Shown: positions 9,051-21,051 of the stretch, piece by piece | Layout of the letters: every line of letters starts with the position of its first letter | Numbering within the stretch: the stretch's first letter is position 1 | Source: Epithemia pelagica | Lineage: Eukaryota > Protista > Bacillariophyta | Direction of reading: 5' to 3' | Length of the DNA: 64,000 nucleotides | Assembly: GCA_946965045.2 (NCBI GenBank) | Contig: OX337241.1 | Location: forward strand, 1-64,000 | Notes under the pieces: generated by a model | Told to the model about the DNA's origin: nothing | What the model saw: only the letters and a program-made list of their open reading frames with translations | The model's database searches: none | Translations under genes and position numbers: made by a program

Positions 9051-11834
9051 CTAATCCTTCGACTTGGACTTTTTGGACTTTTTCTTTTTCTCCTTATCAC
9101 TGTCCTTTTTGATCTTTTTCTCCTTCTTTTGTTTCTTCTCCTTGCTGCTTTTCTTCTTTTTGTGCTTCTTGCTTCTGTTACCATCTTCATCCAAGGCTGC
9201 ATCTGAATCTTGATCGGAATCGTCCGAGTCATCCTCGTCATCCTCATCATCATCCAAATCGTTTGAGGACAAGGTACCCGTTGTTTGGCTATTCATGGAT
9301 TTGTGTCGTTCGGCGCCACGATATCGCGTCGACATGCGAACCGTTTTCTCTTCTTCACCTTCGGATTCGACCGAGGAATCGTCTTCTTCGTCCTCATCAC
9401 CTTCTGGAATGCTCGGCGCTGTTCCACCGGCGGGCCAACTATTATGGTTGGCGTCCAACACGACCGAGTCGTGCTTGACGTCCTCGGGAGTCGATGACGC
9501 CACAGCCGCCGCCGCAGCTTCCGCGCCTTGCGCCACGGCATCGGGATTCTTTCGGGTGGCCGCACGAGAGGCTTCCTTCTTGATCTCCCGTTCCTTTTCC
9601 AGTTCCTTTCCCAGCATTTCAATCTTTTTCATGGCCCCCTGGTATCGTTCTTCAATCTTTTTGAAATCTCGTTGGGCGGCTTGCTGAATCATGGGGATCA
9701 ACATGGGATTGGGTTCCCGATGACTCTTGCCAATATGGTCCACCACCTCCTCGGCCGAAATTTGTACCAAATTCCGAATCGATTGTTCCGTTTCAAAGCG
9801 CGTTTGGGCTTCTTCATGGGCACCTTCGTACTGGGCAAATTTCTTGTTGAAAATGGCATCAATCTTCATCAGCTTTTCATTGTCCCCTTGCAATTTGGGC
9901 ATGGCCTTTTTGAGTTCGGCCAAGTTGCTGGCCATTTTGGCATTGGCCCTGGTCAAATCTTTATTGTGGGAATGAATTCGTTCCGCTTCGTGACGCAAGG
10001 TCTCTTGTTCAATCCGCAACTTTTTGTTTTCGGACCGAAAGTCTCGCATTTCTTCTTGATGCAATCGTTCCTTTTCTTGCTTTTTCTTATCCTTGGACTG
10101 CTTTTTGACACCGTCCGGTGCATATTTGGCATGGATTCGTTTTTGTTCTTCAAATTTCCACTCCTCCACTTGTTGCAATTGTTCTTGTTTTTCCACATTG
10201 AGCATGCGGAGCTGATATTCCAACCGGGGGATAATGACATGTTGCCGGGCGAGCCACATGCGGGCCACGGTTTGGATCCGAATGGCCGTCTTGGATCGTT
10301 TGAGCCACCGTTGGGCCAACAGGCGTCGAATGGAGGATTGCAATCGCACCGAAGCATTGTACTTAAGTTCATTGGCTTTGCGTTCCGCCTCGACGCGTTC
10401 TCGTTCGGCCTGTTCCCGGGCCAAGCGTTCTCGTTCGTCTCGAATGTGTTGCAATTTCTGCTGCACTCGACGTCGGGCCAAGAATCCTCGAATCATGGCT
10501 TGAATTTCAATGGCCGGTCCCTTGTACTGTCGCAACATGACGGGCGACATGTCGGCAAAGGACGAATTCATCCACGACAATTTGGAATTGGAATCGGATT
10601 GTTTGGGCGAGGGACGACCCCCCGCACCACTGCCACTGGGAACCTTTTTGGCCGAACCACCCCAAAATCCAAACGAGGAGGTGGACGACGGCGCTTCAAT
10701 ATGGGCCGGTGTACTGGCCTTGCCGCGGGGTGACACGGGTGGCTGAAACACGCTTGTTTTGTGGTGGTTGTTGGGGGAACCACTACCAGCATTGTTGTTG
10801 TTCGGTGGCAGTTTGGAGGTGGCTGTCGGGGAGGAGGGACTCGTCACCCATCCCGCACCCGTCGAAGCCCGCCGCATGGACTTGGCCTGAAACGACGATG
10901 GCGTGTTGCTGTGGTCGAGATTGGAACTGCTCTTGTTCATGTACGATCCACCATAATGACTAGTGGGTGGTTTGGGCACATAGGAGGACTGTGTCGTGGT
11001 AAAGGAGGAAGAACCATACCGTTTGGTGGTGGGTGATTTGGGGGTGGTGGTGGTGCTTTCTTGTCCTTTGGAAGAGGATTCGTCCGGTTTGGTGCTTGTT
11101 GCTGCCTTGGGTTTCTTGAAGGATTGATTTCGTTTCAAGGCACTGCTGCTACTGTCGGCCGATTTGGTTGACGTGGTACTGGTGGATTTCTTGTACGAGG
11201 GTGACTTTGGGGTGGTTGTGGCAGTGTCGGTCGTTGTCGTCGATGGCTTTTTGACCTTGAAGGATTGTGCCTTTTTCAAATTTGTGTTGGTGGACGACGA
11301 CGACGACGAATCTTTGGTGTTGGCAGTAGTCGTACTACTAGTAGTGTTGTCGTTGGTCCGCTTGACCACCTTTTTGAAGGACGGTGCCTTTTTGAGAGTG
11401 GTGGCGGCCGATTTCTTGGTCCCTGTTGTGGTTGTAGTGGTTGTGGTGGACGAACCCTTTTTTTCCTTGCCACTGTCTGCCACGGAAGAAGCCGCCGCCG
11501 CGACATTTTTGCCCGAGGAGGCCACTCGTTGAATGCGTCGTCGTCCCACGGAAGCACTTCGTTTCTTCTTGTCATCTTCTGTCGTACTACTACTTGTCGT
11601 ACTATTGCTGGGAACGACACTGGAATGCATGCTGCGTCGTCGTTGGACGGGTTGTTCTTTGGTATTGCTAGTGTCGTTGTTGTTGGTGTCCATGCGTTCC
11701 AAGGTGGAACTAATAATGTTGCCATCCTTGTCTTTTTTGACCACGCGTCGCATGACCTTTTTGACAATCTTTTTCTTGGTGGGAGAGGGCGGAGCATCGC
11801 CTGCCGAACTGGCGACGGCTGCAGTAGGTGCCAT
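9051..11834 (-). CDS. IQ-motif coiled-coil protein with low-complexity Ser/Thr/Lys N-terminus and acidic/Lys-rich tail
   Basis: 927-aa ORF from ATG 11834. Three IQ-like motifs (IQAMIRGFLARRR, LQSSIRRLLAQRW, IQTVARMWLARQH) followed by heptad repeats. Confidence 0.85.
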   Translation of the reverse strand: MAPTAAVASSAGDAPPSPTKKKIVKKVMRRVVKKDKDGNIISSTLERMDTNNNDTSNTKEQPVQRRRSMHSSVVPSNSTTSSSTTEDDKKKRSASVGRRRIQRVASSGKNVAAAASSVADSGKEKKGSSTTTTTTTTGTKKSAATTLKKAPSFKKVVKRTNDNTTSSTTTANTKDSSSSSSTNTNLKKAQSFKVKKPSTTTTDTATTTPKSPSYKKSTSTTSTKSADSSSSALKRNQSFKKPKAATSTKPDESSSKGQESTTTTPKSPTTKRYGSSSFTTTQSSYVPKPPTSHYGGSYMNKSSSNLDHSNTPSSFQAKSMRRASTGAGWVTSPSSPTATSKLPPNNNNAGSGSPNNHHKTSVFQPPVSPRGKASTPAHIEAPSSTSSFGFWGGSAKKVPSGSGAGGRPSPKQSDSNSKLSWMNSSFADMSPVMLRQYKGPAIEIQAMIRGFLARRRVQQKLQHIRDERERLAREQAERERVEAERKANELKYNASVRLQSSIRRLLAQRWLKRSKTAIRIQTVARMWLARQHVIIPRLEYQLRMLNVEKQEQLQQVEEWKFEEQKRIHAKYAPDGVKKQSKDKKKQEKERLHQEEMRDFRSENKKLRIEQETLRHEAERIHSHNKDLTRANAKMASNLAELKKAMPKLQGDNEKLMKIDAIFNKKFAQYEGAHEEAQTRFETEQSIRNLVQISAEEVVDHIGKSHREPNPMLIPMIQQAAQRDFKKIEERYQGAMKKIEMLGKELEKEREIKKEASRAATRKNPDAVAQGAEAAAAAVASSTPEDVKHDSVVLDANHNSWPAGGTAPSIPEGDEDEEDDSSVESEGEEEKTVRMSTRYRGAERHKSMNSQTTGTLSSNDLDDDEDDEDDSDDSDQDSDAALDEDGNRSKKHKKKKSSKEKKQKKEKKIKKDSDKEKKKKSKKSKSKD

Positions 11835-13806
11835 GGTGAATCCGAAATCGAACACGGGTATTTACAAGAGATGGAGTGGAGTGTGTGTGTGTTGGCAGTG
11901 CCACTGGGACTGCGATTCTTGCTTCTTCTTGGAACAACGGTCTTGGTCTGGTGCAAACGAGCGATTCGACACTTTTCCTTTGCAATAAGACAAACAAGCA
12001 CCAACGCTTGTATCCCAAAAGCCAACAAGGTCGACAAGGACAACAACAACAAGAGACAGAGTTGGGGGATGGGGGAGACAAGAAAGCCGCTCAAGGGTCT
12101 TTTTGGATGGGCGTTTTGCGTCTTTTCCCAATACATATACTCGTATATTCCAAAAGTTACCGATTCGACTTGCTGTACAGCGCGCGTGATGGCTGGCGTA
12201 CCAAGATCAAATGAAATTGCCCCCATCTCACTGAATGGCCCAACCAGAAACGACCCAGTGAAAAAACAAGTCCCAGCCACAACAAGAATTGGGAGAAGGC
12301 TGTCATCTCTCGTCGACACACCACAAAACAAGCCAAACCATCCGTCCGATATCGACCGACCGACCATGCACCGATCCGAGCAGCATCCTACAGTGATGGA
12401 TGGACTCTCCACTCTGCAGGAATGGGGAATCGACAGGAAAGAGGCCAAACGGTTCTATTGTATTAGGTAGTCGGTCCAAACATTGAAGAGTACCAAGCGC
12501 TTGACGACATGGCGGAGGTTGGGTTTGGCCGATATATATATATGGCATGAGTACAACAACGATAACAAGAGACTGGACAAGAAAGCTCTTGCCGCCGCAC
12601 GTTCCAGAATCTCGAACATTAAACACAATCGACCACACATTCGACCATTGATCCACAAAGCGCGCTCTTCTCTCCAAGAATCGAAGGGGGCCCTCCTCCT
12701 CCTCCTCTGTGTGTTTGTGGTTCCCCAATGCGGCACCACAAACCCGACATGAGTCCCCTGTGAGGCTTGTTTCGGACCGGATCAAGCACAAGCAACTCTC
12801 CGTGGAGACATGGTACAGCCTTGTTCCAAGGATGGGAACACTATTGCGCAAAAAACTCTGGGGGTGCTTGTGAAAGCCACTCCGGAACAGCCGGTGGTGA
12901 ATGTGGAGTCCGAACAGATGCTGCTACCCCTTCCAAGCGCATCCCATTCCAACTGTACAACCAGCAGTAGCAGCACCATCATCCTTGTTACCGCCACCCG
13001 AGGAAGACCCCTGGCAAACTGCGAGCGACCACGAGTCAGACTCGGCGTCTTCTGCTACGACAAGAGCAGAGCCACCACCACTGTCTCTCTCATGCGCGCT
13101 CGCATGGCCTAGCTCAAGGGCAATTTGGGACCGGGTTGTTTGAATTTGCCCCATGCCTTTGCCTTAATGGCTGGAAATAATGGATCGTCGTCGTCGACCT
13201 TGGCTTTGTATGGACCGGCACTGGCCTCATTTGTGCCCAACGCATCTTCAGCACGTGCTTGTTGTTGGAGTGTCAGGCCTGGTGGAACCAAGTCTATCAG
13301 TGCAATCGCATGTGTGTGGTGTAGTAGCTCAAGGTGTGGAGCATGAACCATGATTGGCACAAGCCATGACGCCATGACTCGGGTTTGGAACGACCGCCCC
13401 CCTGGTCAATCCGAGACAAACTCAGACGAAATATTCCTCCCATTTACTACGTACTCGCCTCAGAATTTCGACGGAGAATAAAAGTTCTGTGGCTCATTCA
13501 TGTCGTGTTGCCATGTCCAACCTTTCGCCTTCCACGTCCAAATGCAACGTTTCATCATGCTCAATAGTGGCTCATGTCGTGGTGCTGCACTCATCCACCG
13601 GACCGACGGTTGGCTTTGGGGACAAGGGCGAATGTGATGATGCAACAAGGAACAGGAGCGACGACCCACTAGACTCATCATCATCGTCCTCATTGGTCGC
13701 CTTGCCGTCGTGGTCCTTGTTGTCCTTGATTGAAGCTAGGAGTAGGTAGTCTACTGTGTACAGCTCTTGGTGGAAAGCCCGCTCGCGACGTCAACGCGGC
13801 TGTACA

Positions 13807-14222
13807 ATGAACGGGTGAGGCGACAGGACATCAATGGATGCCTGTCAGGCAACTATATGGCACACCCCAGAGGCTAATCAGAGGAGCCCCCAAACTCGTA
13901 AAGGGTAGGCTAATCAAGAGGTAGCCTGAATCTCTAGGCTAATCAAGAGGTAGCCCGAATCTCTAGTTTAATCAAGAGGTAGCCCAATCTCTAGTTTAAT
14001 CAAGAGGTAGCCCGAATCTCTAGGAGAACATACCGCAATTTGAACGGTGGAGGCGACAGGACGTCAATGGACGCTTGTCAGGCAACTTTATGGCACACTT
14101 CACGCCGTATTGTATGTAACTCCTGAGGCAATCAGAGGAGCCTCTAACTCGTTGCTCGTCCCCACCTTCTGAACACGAGTGCCCAGGGTGAGTAGGCTAA
14201 TCAAGAGGTAGCCCTAATCTCT
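13807..14222. repeat. Compound minisatellite: four 28-29-bp units (TAGGCTAATCAAGAGGTAGCCCGAATCTC-like, 13906-14024), a fifth at 14193-14222, inside a ~230-bp imperfect tandem duplication
   Basis: Units are directly adjacent with no spacers. A ~60-bp block (TGAACGG...GGCGACAGGAC...GGCAACT.TATGGCACAC) recurs at ~13808 and ~14041. Confidence 0.85.
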
Positions 14223-16922
14223 GTAGCTAACCACACGACCTTCCAACCGTCTCGACCGACGCACACCACCGACCGGCTGTGAGTCGTCAGCCTGGTCTAT
14301 TCGAGCCTCAATGTGTTCCCCTTCTGCTTCCGCCTGCTCATTGTCAGTAGCTGATGGAGGAGCCATAGTCGAAGGAGCATTCATGGAAGACTCTGTCTCA
14401 TCAAGTTCTTTCGCCATCTTTTGAAAGTCCTCTTGAGCTGCATCCAGACGAAGCTGGGTGAAGCGCAACGCTGTTTGTAGGGATGTGTTTTCTGCTGACA
14501 GCGATTCAAGCTGCAGCTCAAAGCGGCTTTCTGATTCAAGCAATTTGCTTCTTGTTCGCTCGTAACTTTCAAAGGACAAACGCGCTTGCTCGTTACTTTC
14601 CTGGAGCTTCTGCTGCAGGGCTGATCTTTCGTTCTTAAGAGCTGATATCGCGGCACCAAGCTCCTGTTCTCGTACTTTGCCTTCACTTTCCGAGATTTCC
14701 AGCAATTGCTTCGCATTTGCTGACTCCTTCCGTGATAACTCGAGCAAATCATGGAGAGAGATCACTTGATCAGCCCGCTCCTTGCACTCATCCTTAATTG
14801 CGTAAAGCTTCCCATTGACGATTTCAATCTTGTCTGTCAATTTTGCAACATTCCCTTCTAGTTTTGATTTCCCTTCCTCAAGGGTTACAATTTTTTCCAT
14901 GAGTGCCCTGGCCTCGACAAGTTTGGTTTCTAAGTCTTGTTCGCACTTTGTTGTGGATTCTTTAAGTTGCCTGTTTTCCTCTAAGACTTGGTTTTTCAAC
15001 GTGGATTCTTTGTCGAGCGACAACACGACTGCTTCATGTTCATCTCGATAATGGGAGCATTCCTCCTTGGTTTCTTGAAGTTGAGATTCTAACTTCTTGA
15101 TCGAGTCCATCTTCTGCTGCACCACAAGCGTGTGATCATCTTTTTGACATTTCAGTTGAGTTCTTGCCTCGGCTAATTCTACATGCAACAAGTCGTTCGC
15201 AATGCTGAGTCGATCAGCCTTCTTCACAAATTTACGTTTCGTCATTTCAAGCGCATCATGATGTTCCTTAGACATTTTTTGCATCCTCTCCTCATAGGAT
15301 GAAATCTGTTCATGAGCTTTGGCATGGTCTGTCAACACCCGATCGCGTTCCATTGAAAGTGATTTGTTGTCAACTTTGAGATTTTTATTCTCGACTTCAA
15401 GAAGTGAAAATCGAGACTGAAGATCGTTGTACGCTGATGTGTTTTGGTCCAATTCACTTCGCAAAGCGTCGCGGCACGAAATTGCCTCGAGGACATCAGA
15501 TTCGGACTTCTCCTGGTGGTGTTGAAGTTCCTCCTTGGTTTCTTGAAGTTGAGATTCTAACTTCTTGATCGACTCCAAATTGTGCTGCACCACAAGCGTG
15601 TGATCATCTTTTTGACATTTCAGTTGAGTTCTTGCCTCGGCTAATTCTACATGCAACGAGTCGTTCTCAATGCTGAGTCGATCAGCCTTCTCCACAAATT
15701 TACGTTTCGTCATTTCAAGCGCATCATGATGTTCCTTAGACATTTTTTGCATCCTCTCCTCATAGGATGAAATCTGTTCATGAGCTTTGGCATGGTCTGT
15801 CAACACCCGATCGCGTTCCATTGAAAGTGATTTGTTGTCAACTTTGAGATTTTTATTCTCGACTTCAAGCAGTGAAAATCGAGACTGAAGATCGTTGTAC
15901 GCTGATGTGTTTCGGTCCAGTTCATTTCGCAAAGCGTCACGGCACGACATTGCCTCGAGGACAGCAGATTCGGACTTCTCCTGGTGATGTTGGAGTTCTT
16001 CCTTTGTTTTGTAATATAGCTCTTGAGCAGCCTCTGCTTTCTGTGCTTGGTAGCAGGCTTCATGTTTTGCATCTGCTAGGCTTTTTTCCAATGTGGCTAT
16101 TTTCATGTTACAGTCCTTCATTTGTTGTTCGACGTGTTCCTGTTCCTCTCTTTCATTAGCGATGACACCACGTGCTTCTATAATGAACCCTGTAATTCTC
16201 GCGACTTGACTCATTATGTCCCTTATGTTCTTTCGATAACCAAGTTCATCCAGTCGACCTTCCGACGTTTCAGTATCTGAACCGAGGATTCTACTGCAAA
16301 CAGACTGGTCTCGGCCCTCGCCCGATCTCGTTAGATGAGAAACTTCCTCTTCACAAACCACAAGTTTTCGCGAGATCTCCGAAAGCGCATCATTCAGATA
16401 CTCTGTCAACCGATGTGCTTTTTCTTTGAGAAATTCCACTTCGAACGAAAGAACCGAGTTGCCTTCAATAACGTCTCGCCTTTTTTCATGTGCCGCTTCC
16501 AGTTCTACCACAAGGCTTGCATTACGGCAAGCAAGTTCTGCTGCTTCTGGATGGTGGCTGTTGGTTCCGTCGTTGTGGCTAGAACGGGCATTGCTGTTGT
16601 TGTTGGTTCCGAGGCCACTGCCACACTTGTCGTCGTCGTTGTTGGTGGTGCAAAGGGTTGGACGGTCGTCGTTTCGGGAGGCGGTACCGATGCGGTCTCC
16701 TACTCGTTCGCGTTCGTGTGTAGAATCAGAAATGGGTGGCGGTGGTTCCGTCGTAGTGTTTGTCCGATCTTCTTTGATTTGTTTGGCCAAGGAGGGTTGC
16801 ATGGTGGCCGGTGGTTGAGTTGGTTTCTCGTGATTCCACGGGCGCTTCTTGGAGGCAGACGCTCGTGGAACCGCGTTGCTTGTCGGTGGCGGAGTGCCGT
16901 TGACGTTCTCCTCCTTGTTCAT
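14214..16922 (-). CDS. Long coiled-coil protein with a 156-aa internal tandem duplication
   Basis: ~902-aa ORF from ATG 16922, Glu/Lys/Leu heptads throughout, intronless. Confidence 0.8.
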   Translation of the reverse strand: MNKEENVNGTPPPTSNAVPRASASKKRPWNHEKPTQPPATMQPSLAKQIKEDRTNTTTEPPPPISDSTHERERVGDRIGTASRNDDRPTLCTTNNDDDKCGSGLGTNNNSNARSSHNDGTNSHHPEAAELACRNASLVVELEAAHEKRRDVIEGNSVLSFEVEFLKEKAHRLTEYLNDALSEISRKLVVCEEEVSHLTRSGEGRDQSVCSRILGSDTETSEGRLDELGYRKNIRDIMSQVARITGFIIEARGVIANEREEQEHVEQQMKDCNMKIATLEKSLADAKHEACYQAQKAEAAQELYYKTKEELQHHQEKSESAVLEAMSCRDALRNELDRNTSAYNDLQSRFSLLEVENKNLKVDNKSLSMERDRVLTDHAKAHEQISSYEERMQKMSKEHHDALEMTKRKFVEKADRLSIENDSLHVELAEARTQLKCQKDDHTLVVQHNLESIKKLESQLQETKEELQHHQEKSESDVLEAISCRDALRSELDQNTSAYNDLQSRFSLLEVENKNLKVDNKSLSMERDRVLTDHAKAHEQISSYEERMQKMSKEHHDALEMTKRKFVKKADRLSIANDLLHVELAEARTQLKCQKDDHTLVVQQKMDSIKKLESQLQETKEECSHYRDEHEAVVLSLDKESTLKNQVLEENRQLKESTTKCEQDLETKLVEARALMEKIVTLEEGKSKLEGNVAKLTDKIEIVNGKLYAIKDECKERADQVISLHDLLELSRKESANAKQLLEISESEGKVREQELGAAISALKNERSALQQKLQESNEQARLSFESYERTRSKLLESESRFELQLESLSAENTSLQTALRFTQLRLDAAQEDFQKMAKELDETESSMNAPSTMAPPSATDNEQAEAEGEHIEARIDQADDSQPVGGVRRSRRLEGRVVSYRD
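15063..15998. repeat. Two near-identical 468-bp in-frame tandem copies inside the coiled-coil gene
   Basis: 15063-15530 vs 15531-15998. The protein repeats KEELQHHQEKSES...KKLESQLQET. Confidence 0.95.
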
Positions 16923-17609
16923 CGTGGCTGCAACCAACGTTTCCAAATGGAGGAAGAATGGTATAGAGAGTCCGTTTTGTGATTTGTGACACCCAACAAA
17001 GTATCATGTGGTGGTCGGGTTCCTTTTCCATGTGGTCTGCGCGCACGTCGGACGGGGGTGGGCGTTGGGCGTGGCTCCACAAATCGTGAATCATTCGCGT
17101 CTCATTCGCACTTGTCCCTTGTCCCAGAAGCAACATCTCGATTTTGCCGGTCCCTGAAAACTTAGACGAATAGAACCACATAGAAAACATAGCAGTAGGT
17201 AGAGAGTCGATGGCTTGTTGATTAGTTGGAGGATCAAGGGGTCAAGAATATAGTCATAAAAGCGAAAATGGATTGGAATGGTACTTGTGTGTGTGGTTTG
17301 GATTCTCAGAAGTGTGTATGGCGTGTGTGTGGTGGATGGAGAAGGTGGAACCTGGCCATCATCATCATGGGTTGTTTGTCGAACGGAAGAACGTCGACCA
17401 TATCAATGCTGAATGACATTGATACGGCATGACGTGTTGCTGTTGTAGAAAAGAGTCACCAACGACTCGTGTAGAAAAGGAGGAGAAATGCAGTGCGATG
17501 ACAGACTCTATCGAGAGGCAGAACGTGGGCCGACCCGAACGGAAGGTAAACCGGATCGCATATCAGATTGAGTACTACAGCCAGATAGAGCATCCTTGGA
17601 TGGAAACCC

Positions 17610-18812
17610 ATGAAGCTCGAGTTCCCATGTGGTCAAGCAAGACTTCCATTTCCTGTGACTTTACGGAATTGCACAAACGAACCATGTTTCAGGGGAAGGA
17701 GGAACAGGACTTTTATCGACACCGTCAGGAACTGCGGAGAACGATTTGCAGTCACTAAGGATGGAGTTGACCACGACAAAGAGGACAAGGATATTACCGT
17801 GCGTTACGTGGATCGTCCTCATCTAATGTTGGGGATTCGACGCGGTTGTCTGTCTATCTCTCCGCCAATCGAGCTCACCCACGAACCAGCACATGATTTG
17901 TCCGGTCACTTGTTCAAGAATCCATCCCTGGTCCAAGAATTATGTCGGGGATTGCAACATACACGGGCTCCCTTGCAAGAATTGTACTTGCACAGTTGTC
18001 TCTTGAGTGAAAGTAGTGCTCAAAGTATTCTGGACAGCGCCTTGTTGCAAGATACTCTCCAAGTTTTGGATTTGGGTGCCAATGACCAATTTGGACCCAA
18101 CTTGTTGACACACCATGTGGCTCTTTCTTTGCAACAAACCCAATCCTTGCAAGGCTTGCTTTTGGATCATTCCAGTACCATGTTTGCTGCCCCTACGGCC
18201 GTTGAGGAGTTGCAACCCTTTTGGCAAGCCCTGTCCGGCAATACGACCTTGCAACGATTGAGCTTGCGCTATTGTCGATTGACCCACGCCATGGGGCACG
18301 CTCTGTTGCGGGCCGTGGCATCGGGATCCAATCCAACGTTGCGGGAATTGGATTTGGAATTTACGGGATTTGGCTTGCGCGATACGGCCAATGAAACCTT
18401 GATTCATTTGATTCCCCACATGACAGCCTTGCGGACGCTCAAACTGTATACCGTCTATTCAACACCCTTGATTCCATCCCTCTTGAAAGCGTTGCATTCC
18501 AATACCAGTTTGCAATCCTTTCGACCCCGTCTCGTCGTTGGATCAACGTCGTCCGGCGGCAACCACCACAAGACAAACATCATCATCATGCCTCGTCGAA
18601 CCAGTCACCCGCTTCGTGCCGAACAGGTGATTCGAACCATTTTGCATCGCAATCAAACCTTGGAGACCAGTCACTCCTTGCTAGTCGCATCCAGTGTTGC
18701 TCCGGCCCTCTTGCCACGGGCCTTGGCCCATTTGCAAGCGACGGCACCGACTGCCTCGTATGCCGTCTTGGAGCATTGCTTGCCCGAAGCTTGGCTAGTC
18801 CCAAACATCTAA
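17610..18812 (+). CDS. Leucine-rich repeat (RNI-like) protein; 5' end uncertain
   Basis: Repeated LxxLxL units (LQELYLHSC, LQVLDLGAN, LQRLSLRYC, LRELDLEFT, LRTLKLY). An overlapping upstream ORF (17429-17758) may be a spliced first exon. Confidence 0.8.
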   Translation: MKLEFPCGQARLPFPVTLRNCTNEPCFRGRRNRTFIDTVRNCGERFAVTKDGVDHDKEDKDITVRYVDRPHLMLGIRRGCLSISPPIELTHEPAHDLSGHLFKNPSLVQELCRGLQHTRAPLQELYLHSCLLSESSAQSILDSALLQDTLQVLDLGANDQFGPNLLTHHVALSLQQTQSLQGLLLDHSSTMFAAPTAVEELQPFWQALSGNTTLQRLSLRYCRLTHAMGHALLRAVASGSNPTLRELDLEFTGFGLRDTANETLIHLIPHMTALRTLKLYTVYSTPLIPSLLKALHSNTSLQSFRPRLVVGSTSSGGNHHKTNIIIMPRRTSHPLRAEQVIRTILHRNQTLETSHSLLVASSVAPALLPRALAHLQATAPTASYAVLEHCLPEAWLVPNI

Positions 18813-20110
18813 CGAGACGACAACGACGAAACGACGAAACGACTGACTGACTGACTGAAGGTCAATACAAACGAGACGTTGGACAACTGTGCACCAAGTG
18901 TACTGTTGCATGATTGGACCGCTAGGGAACAACATGAAAGCCAATGATACCGTTCGAGTTTGTACAGCCATGTCATTCTCTCAGCACGATACTCGATTTG
19001 GGTTGGAACTGGACCATGACGCGCAAGGCATGTGGATCGCCTTGCATCCAGACATGAATTCGTCCAAAATTCCACGCCTCGGTTGGTCTTGTGTGTTTTT
19101 CGTGATGGTCCGTCTCGTCGTGTGCGGGTGCTCACGGCAGCAGGAGTAGGGGAAGTTACGCAACCGAGGAGTCGGATCTTGTTCGTTTCGGCCTGGAGTG
19201 TGTCGTCGTGTCGCCCTCCTTGTACGTCGGTCTCATGTCAGTGAGATGGGGTAGATCTACGAATATACAATAATAGAAGCGACTCACAAGCAGTATGATC
19301 TAGCTAGCTGTTCGACCAAGCAGAACAAACTCCAGAAAACAAAGAGCAAAAAACAATGGTTTGTTGTGATTGTGGTTGGTCCATCAATGAGAGACATCAT
19401 GGCACTCCCTTGTTTTTTGGTTCTCGCGGGACAACTAGGTAGCTCGAAAATTATTCCTTCTCGCTGGGAGCTCCATGAGAGGAGTGCTGCGGAAGGTTGG
19501 ATTCGTGCGCATGTCGTGTGGTATCATACTTGTATATATTGCGTGATTGGGAGGAGAGAATGGCCATTGGCGTGGTATGCAAGAATAATATATGGAGGCA
19601 CTTGCTTCCCGTCGTCCTACACATTACGGAGGAGGACATGGGATGTGGCGTAAACATCCAAATATATATAGGTAGTTGTGGTCGTCTGGCAGTGAGCTTG
19701 GTACACTATAGTGCAACGCAGGATCCTTCCGCCCAGCAAGAGACTCGGGGTGGCAATGGCTCGCATTGTGTTGCGTTTCGCCATGTGAAGCAGATGAAAC
19801 AACACATGCATGCATTCAGGTATCGTAGGATGGCATGGCGCTGTCAGTGTCATGGTGAGCGTGTAGGTTAACACAAAATTCAATTTGTGAGCGAAAGAGC
19901 ATCTCGAGATTCGAACTGGGAGCTGGGGTAATCCTGAGCAGCTCGCTGTCATTCCAGGCAAAGTCTGACTACAAAGCGGAACACGACCAGAACGCTTAAT
20001 CGATGTACTATAGCATAGACTATGAACATGGACAAATAGAGAACTAATAGAAAGATTTAGGCCCACCACCACCCGGTTTTTGCAACCGCCCCAAATCATA
20101 CTACATTAAT

Positions 20111-21051
20111 TTACAGACGCACCATCTTGTGCTTCATGCCGCCTTCAAATTGTGCGTCCGGCTCATGTAGGGAAATCAACAACGCTCTGAATCCGTTTGT
20201 TGTGTCGTACATAAATTCGTAGTCGAACCTGCTTTGGACCATGAAAGGAAGAGAAAGAGAAAACTTTGACCTGACAAAGTCTGTTTCTCTTTTTCGCATC
20301 TGATTCATGGCGTCTTCCAAAGCAAGTTTCATTCGTAGGTTTTTCTCCTCGACATGCCACTCTCTGTGCATGTGTTGGGTTAGATAATGGATATGAGTTG
20401 CGTTGTCAGGCCAAATTACCTTCACATGTACCTGTAGCTGGCTCGGATCCACTTCAATCAAGCAATTTGTTGTGTCTTCATGTGCAATACCTGTAGGCAA
20501 CACCACCAAAATCACCAAATGACGCTGTTTCTTGTCGTCGACCCACTGTGTCAAGACATGAGGAGGCTCCCAATTCCTCATCATGTCATTACCACTGTCT
20601 TCTTCATTCGTCTTTTTCCTCTTTTGTTGTAGTTGTACCTGTAGTGTCTCCTGTAATGGCATGGATCCTGCCGCCCTTTTCTTCACCATAGCCTCGTCAC
20701 TGACAACAGACTCAGGAGCGACCTTGGCAGCAACACCTGGTCATAAAAGACAATAAACCACAACAGGTAAGGACAGTGACTCAACAATCAAACAAACTGT
20801 GTACACTGGCACTTACCTTGTCCTTTGGACGACCCAAACAAAGAAGGAGCTGGTTTGAGATCTCCATCATTGGGGTTCCTTACCTTTCCATCCATAGATG
20901 GGGCCGTCTCACCACGACCCAACAACTCATGACCAGTCTCTCTCTCATGTTGATCCTTCAAGTGGACTTGGTATTTTCTTTTGGCTTTGTTGAGTGCCGA
21001 CCTGAATGATTCCAATTTGTACTTTTGGAAAACAGCGTGTTCCAACCACAT
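20111..21051 (-). CDS. Harbinger accessory protein (two exons; short helical N-terminus, beta-rich C-terminal domain)
   Basis: Exon 21051-20817, intron 20816-20737 (GTAAGT...ACCAG, 80 nt), exon 20736-20111. Splicing joins ORF 20788-21069 in frame to ORF 20111-20689. Lies wholly inside the TIRs. The true start may be further upstream. Confidence 0.75.

Noticed and set aside
9528-12470. Long plus-strand ORFs (9528-10733, 11265-12470), and similarly 26251-27438, 32836-33792 and 39653-40453
   Set aside because: Antisense shadows of real genes or low-complexity sequence, with no domain signal.
12480-13750. Several short ORFs between the IQ gene and the minisatellite
   Set aside because: No recognisable motifs or consistent splice model, so a gene cannot be supported.
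13906-14024. 29-bp repeats as a CRISPR array
   Set aside because: The units are contiguous with no unique spacers, there are no cas genes, and the context is eukaryotic. It is a minisatellite.
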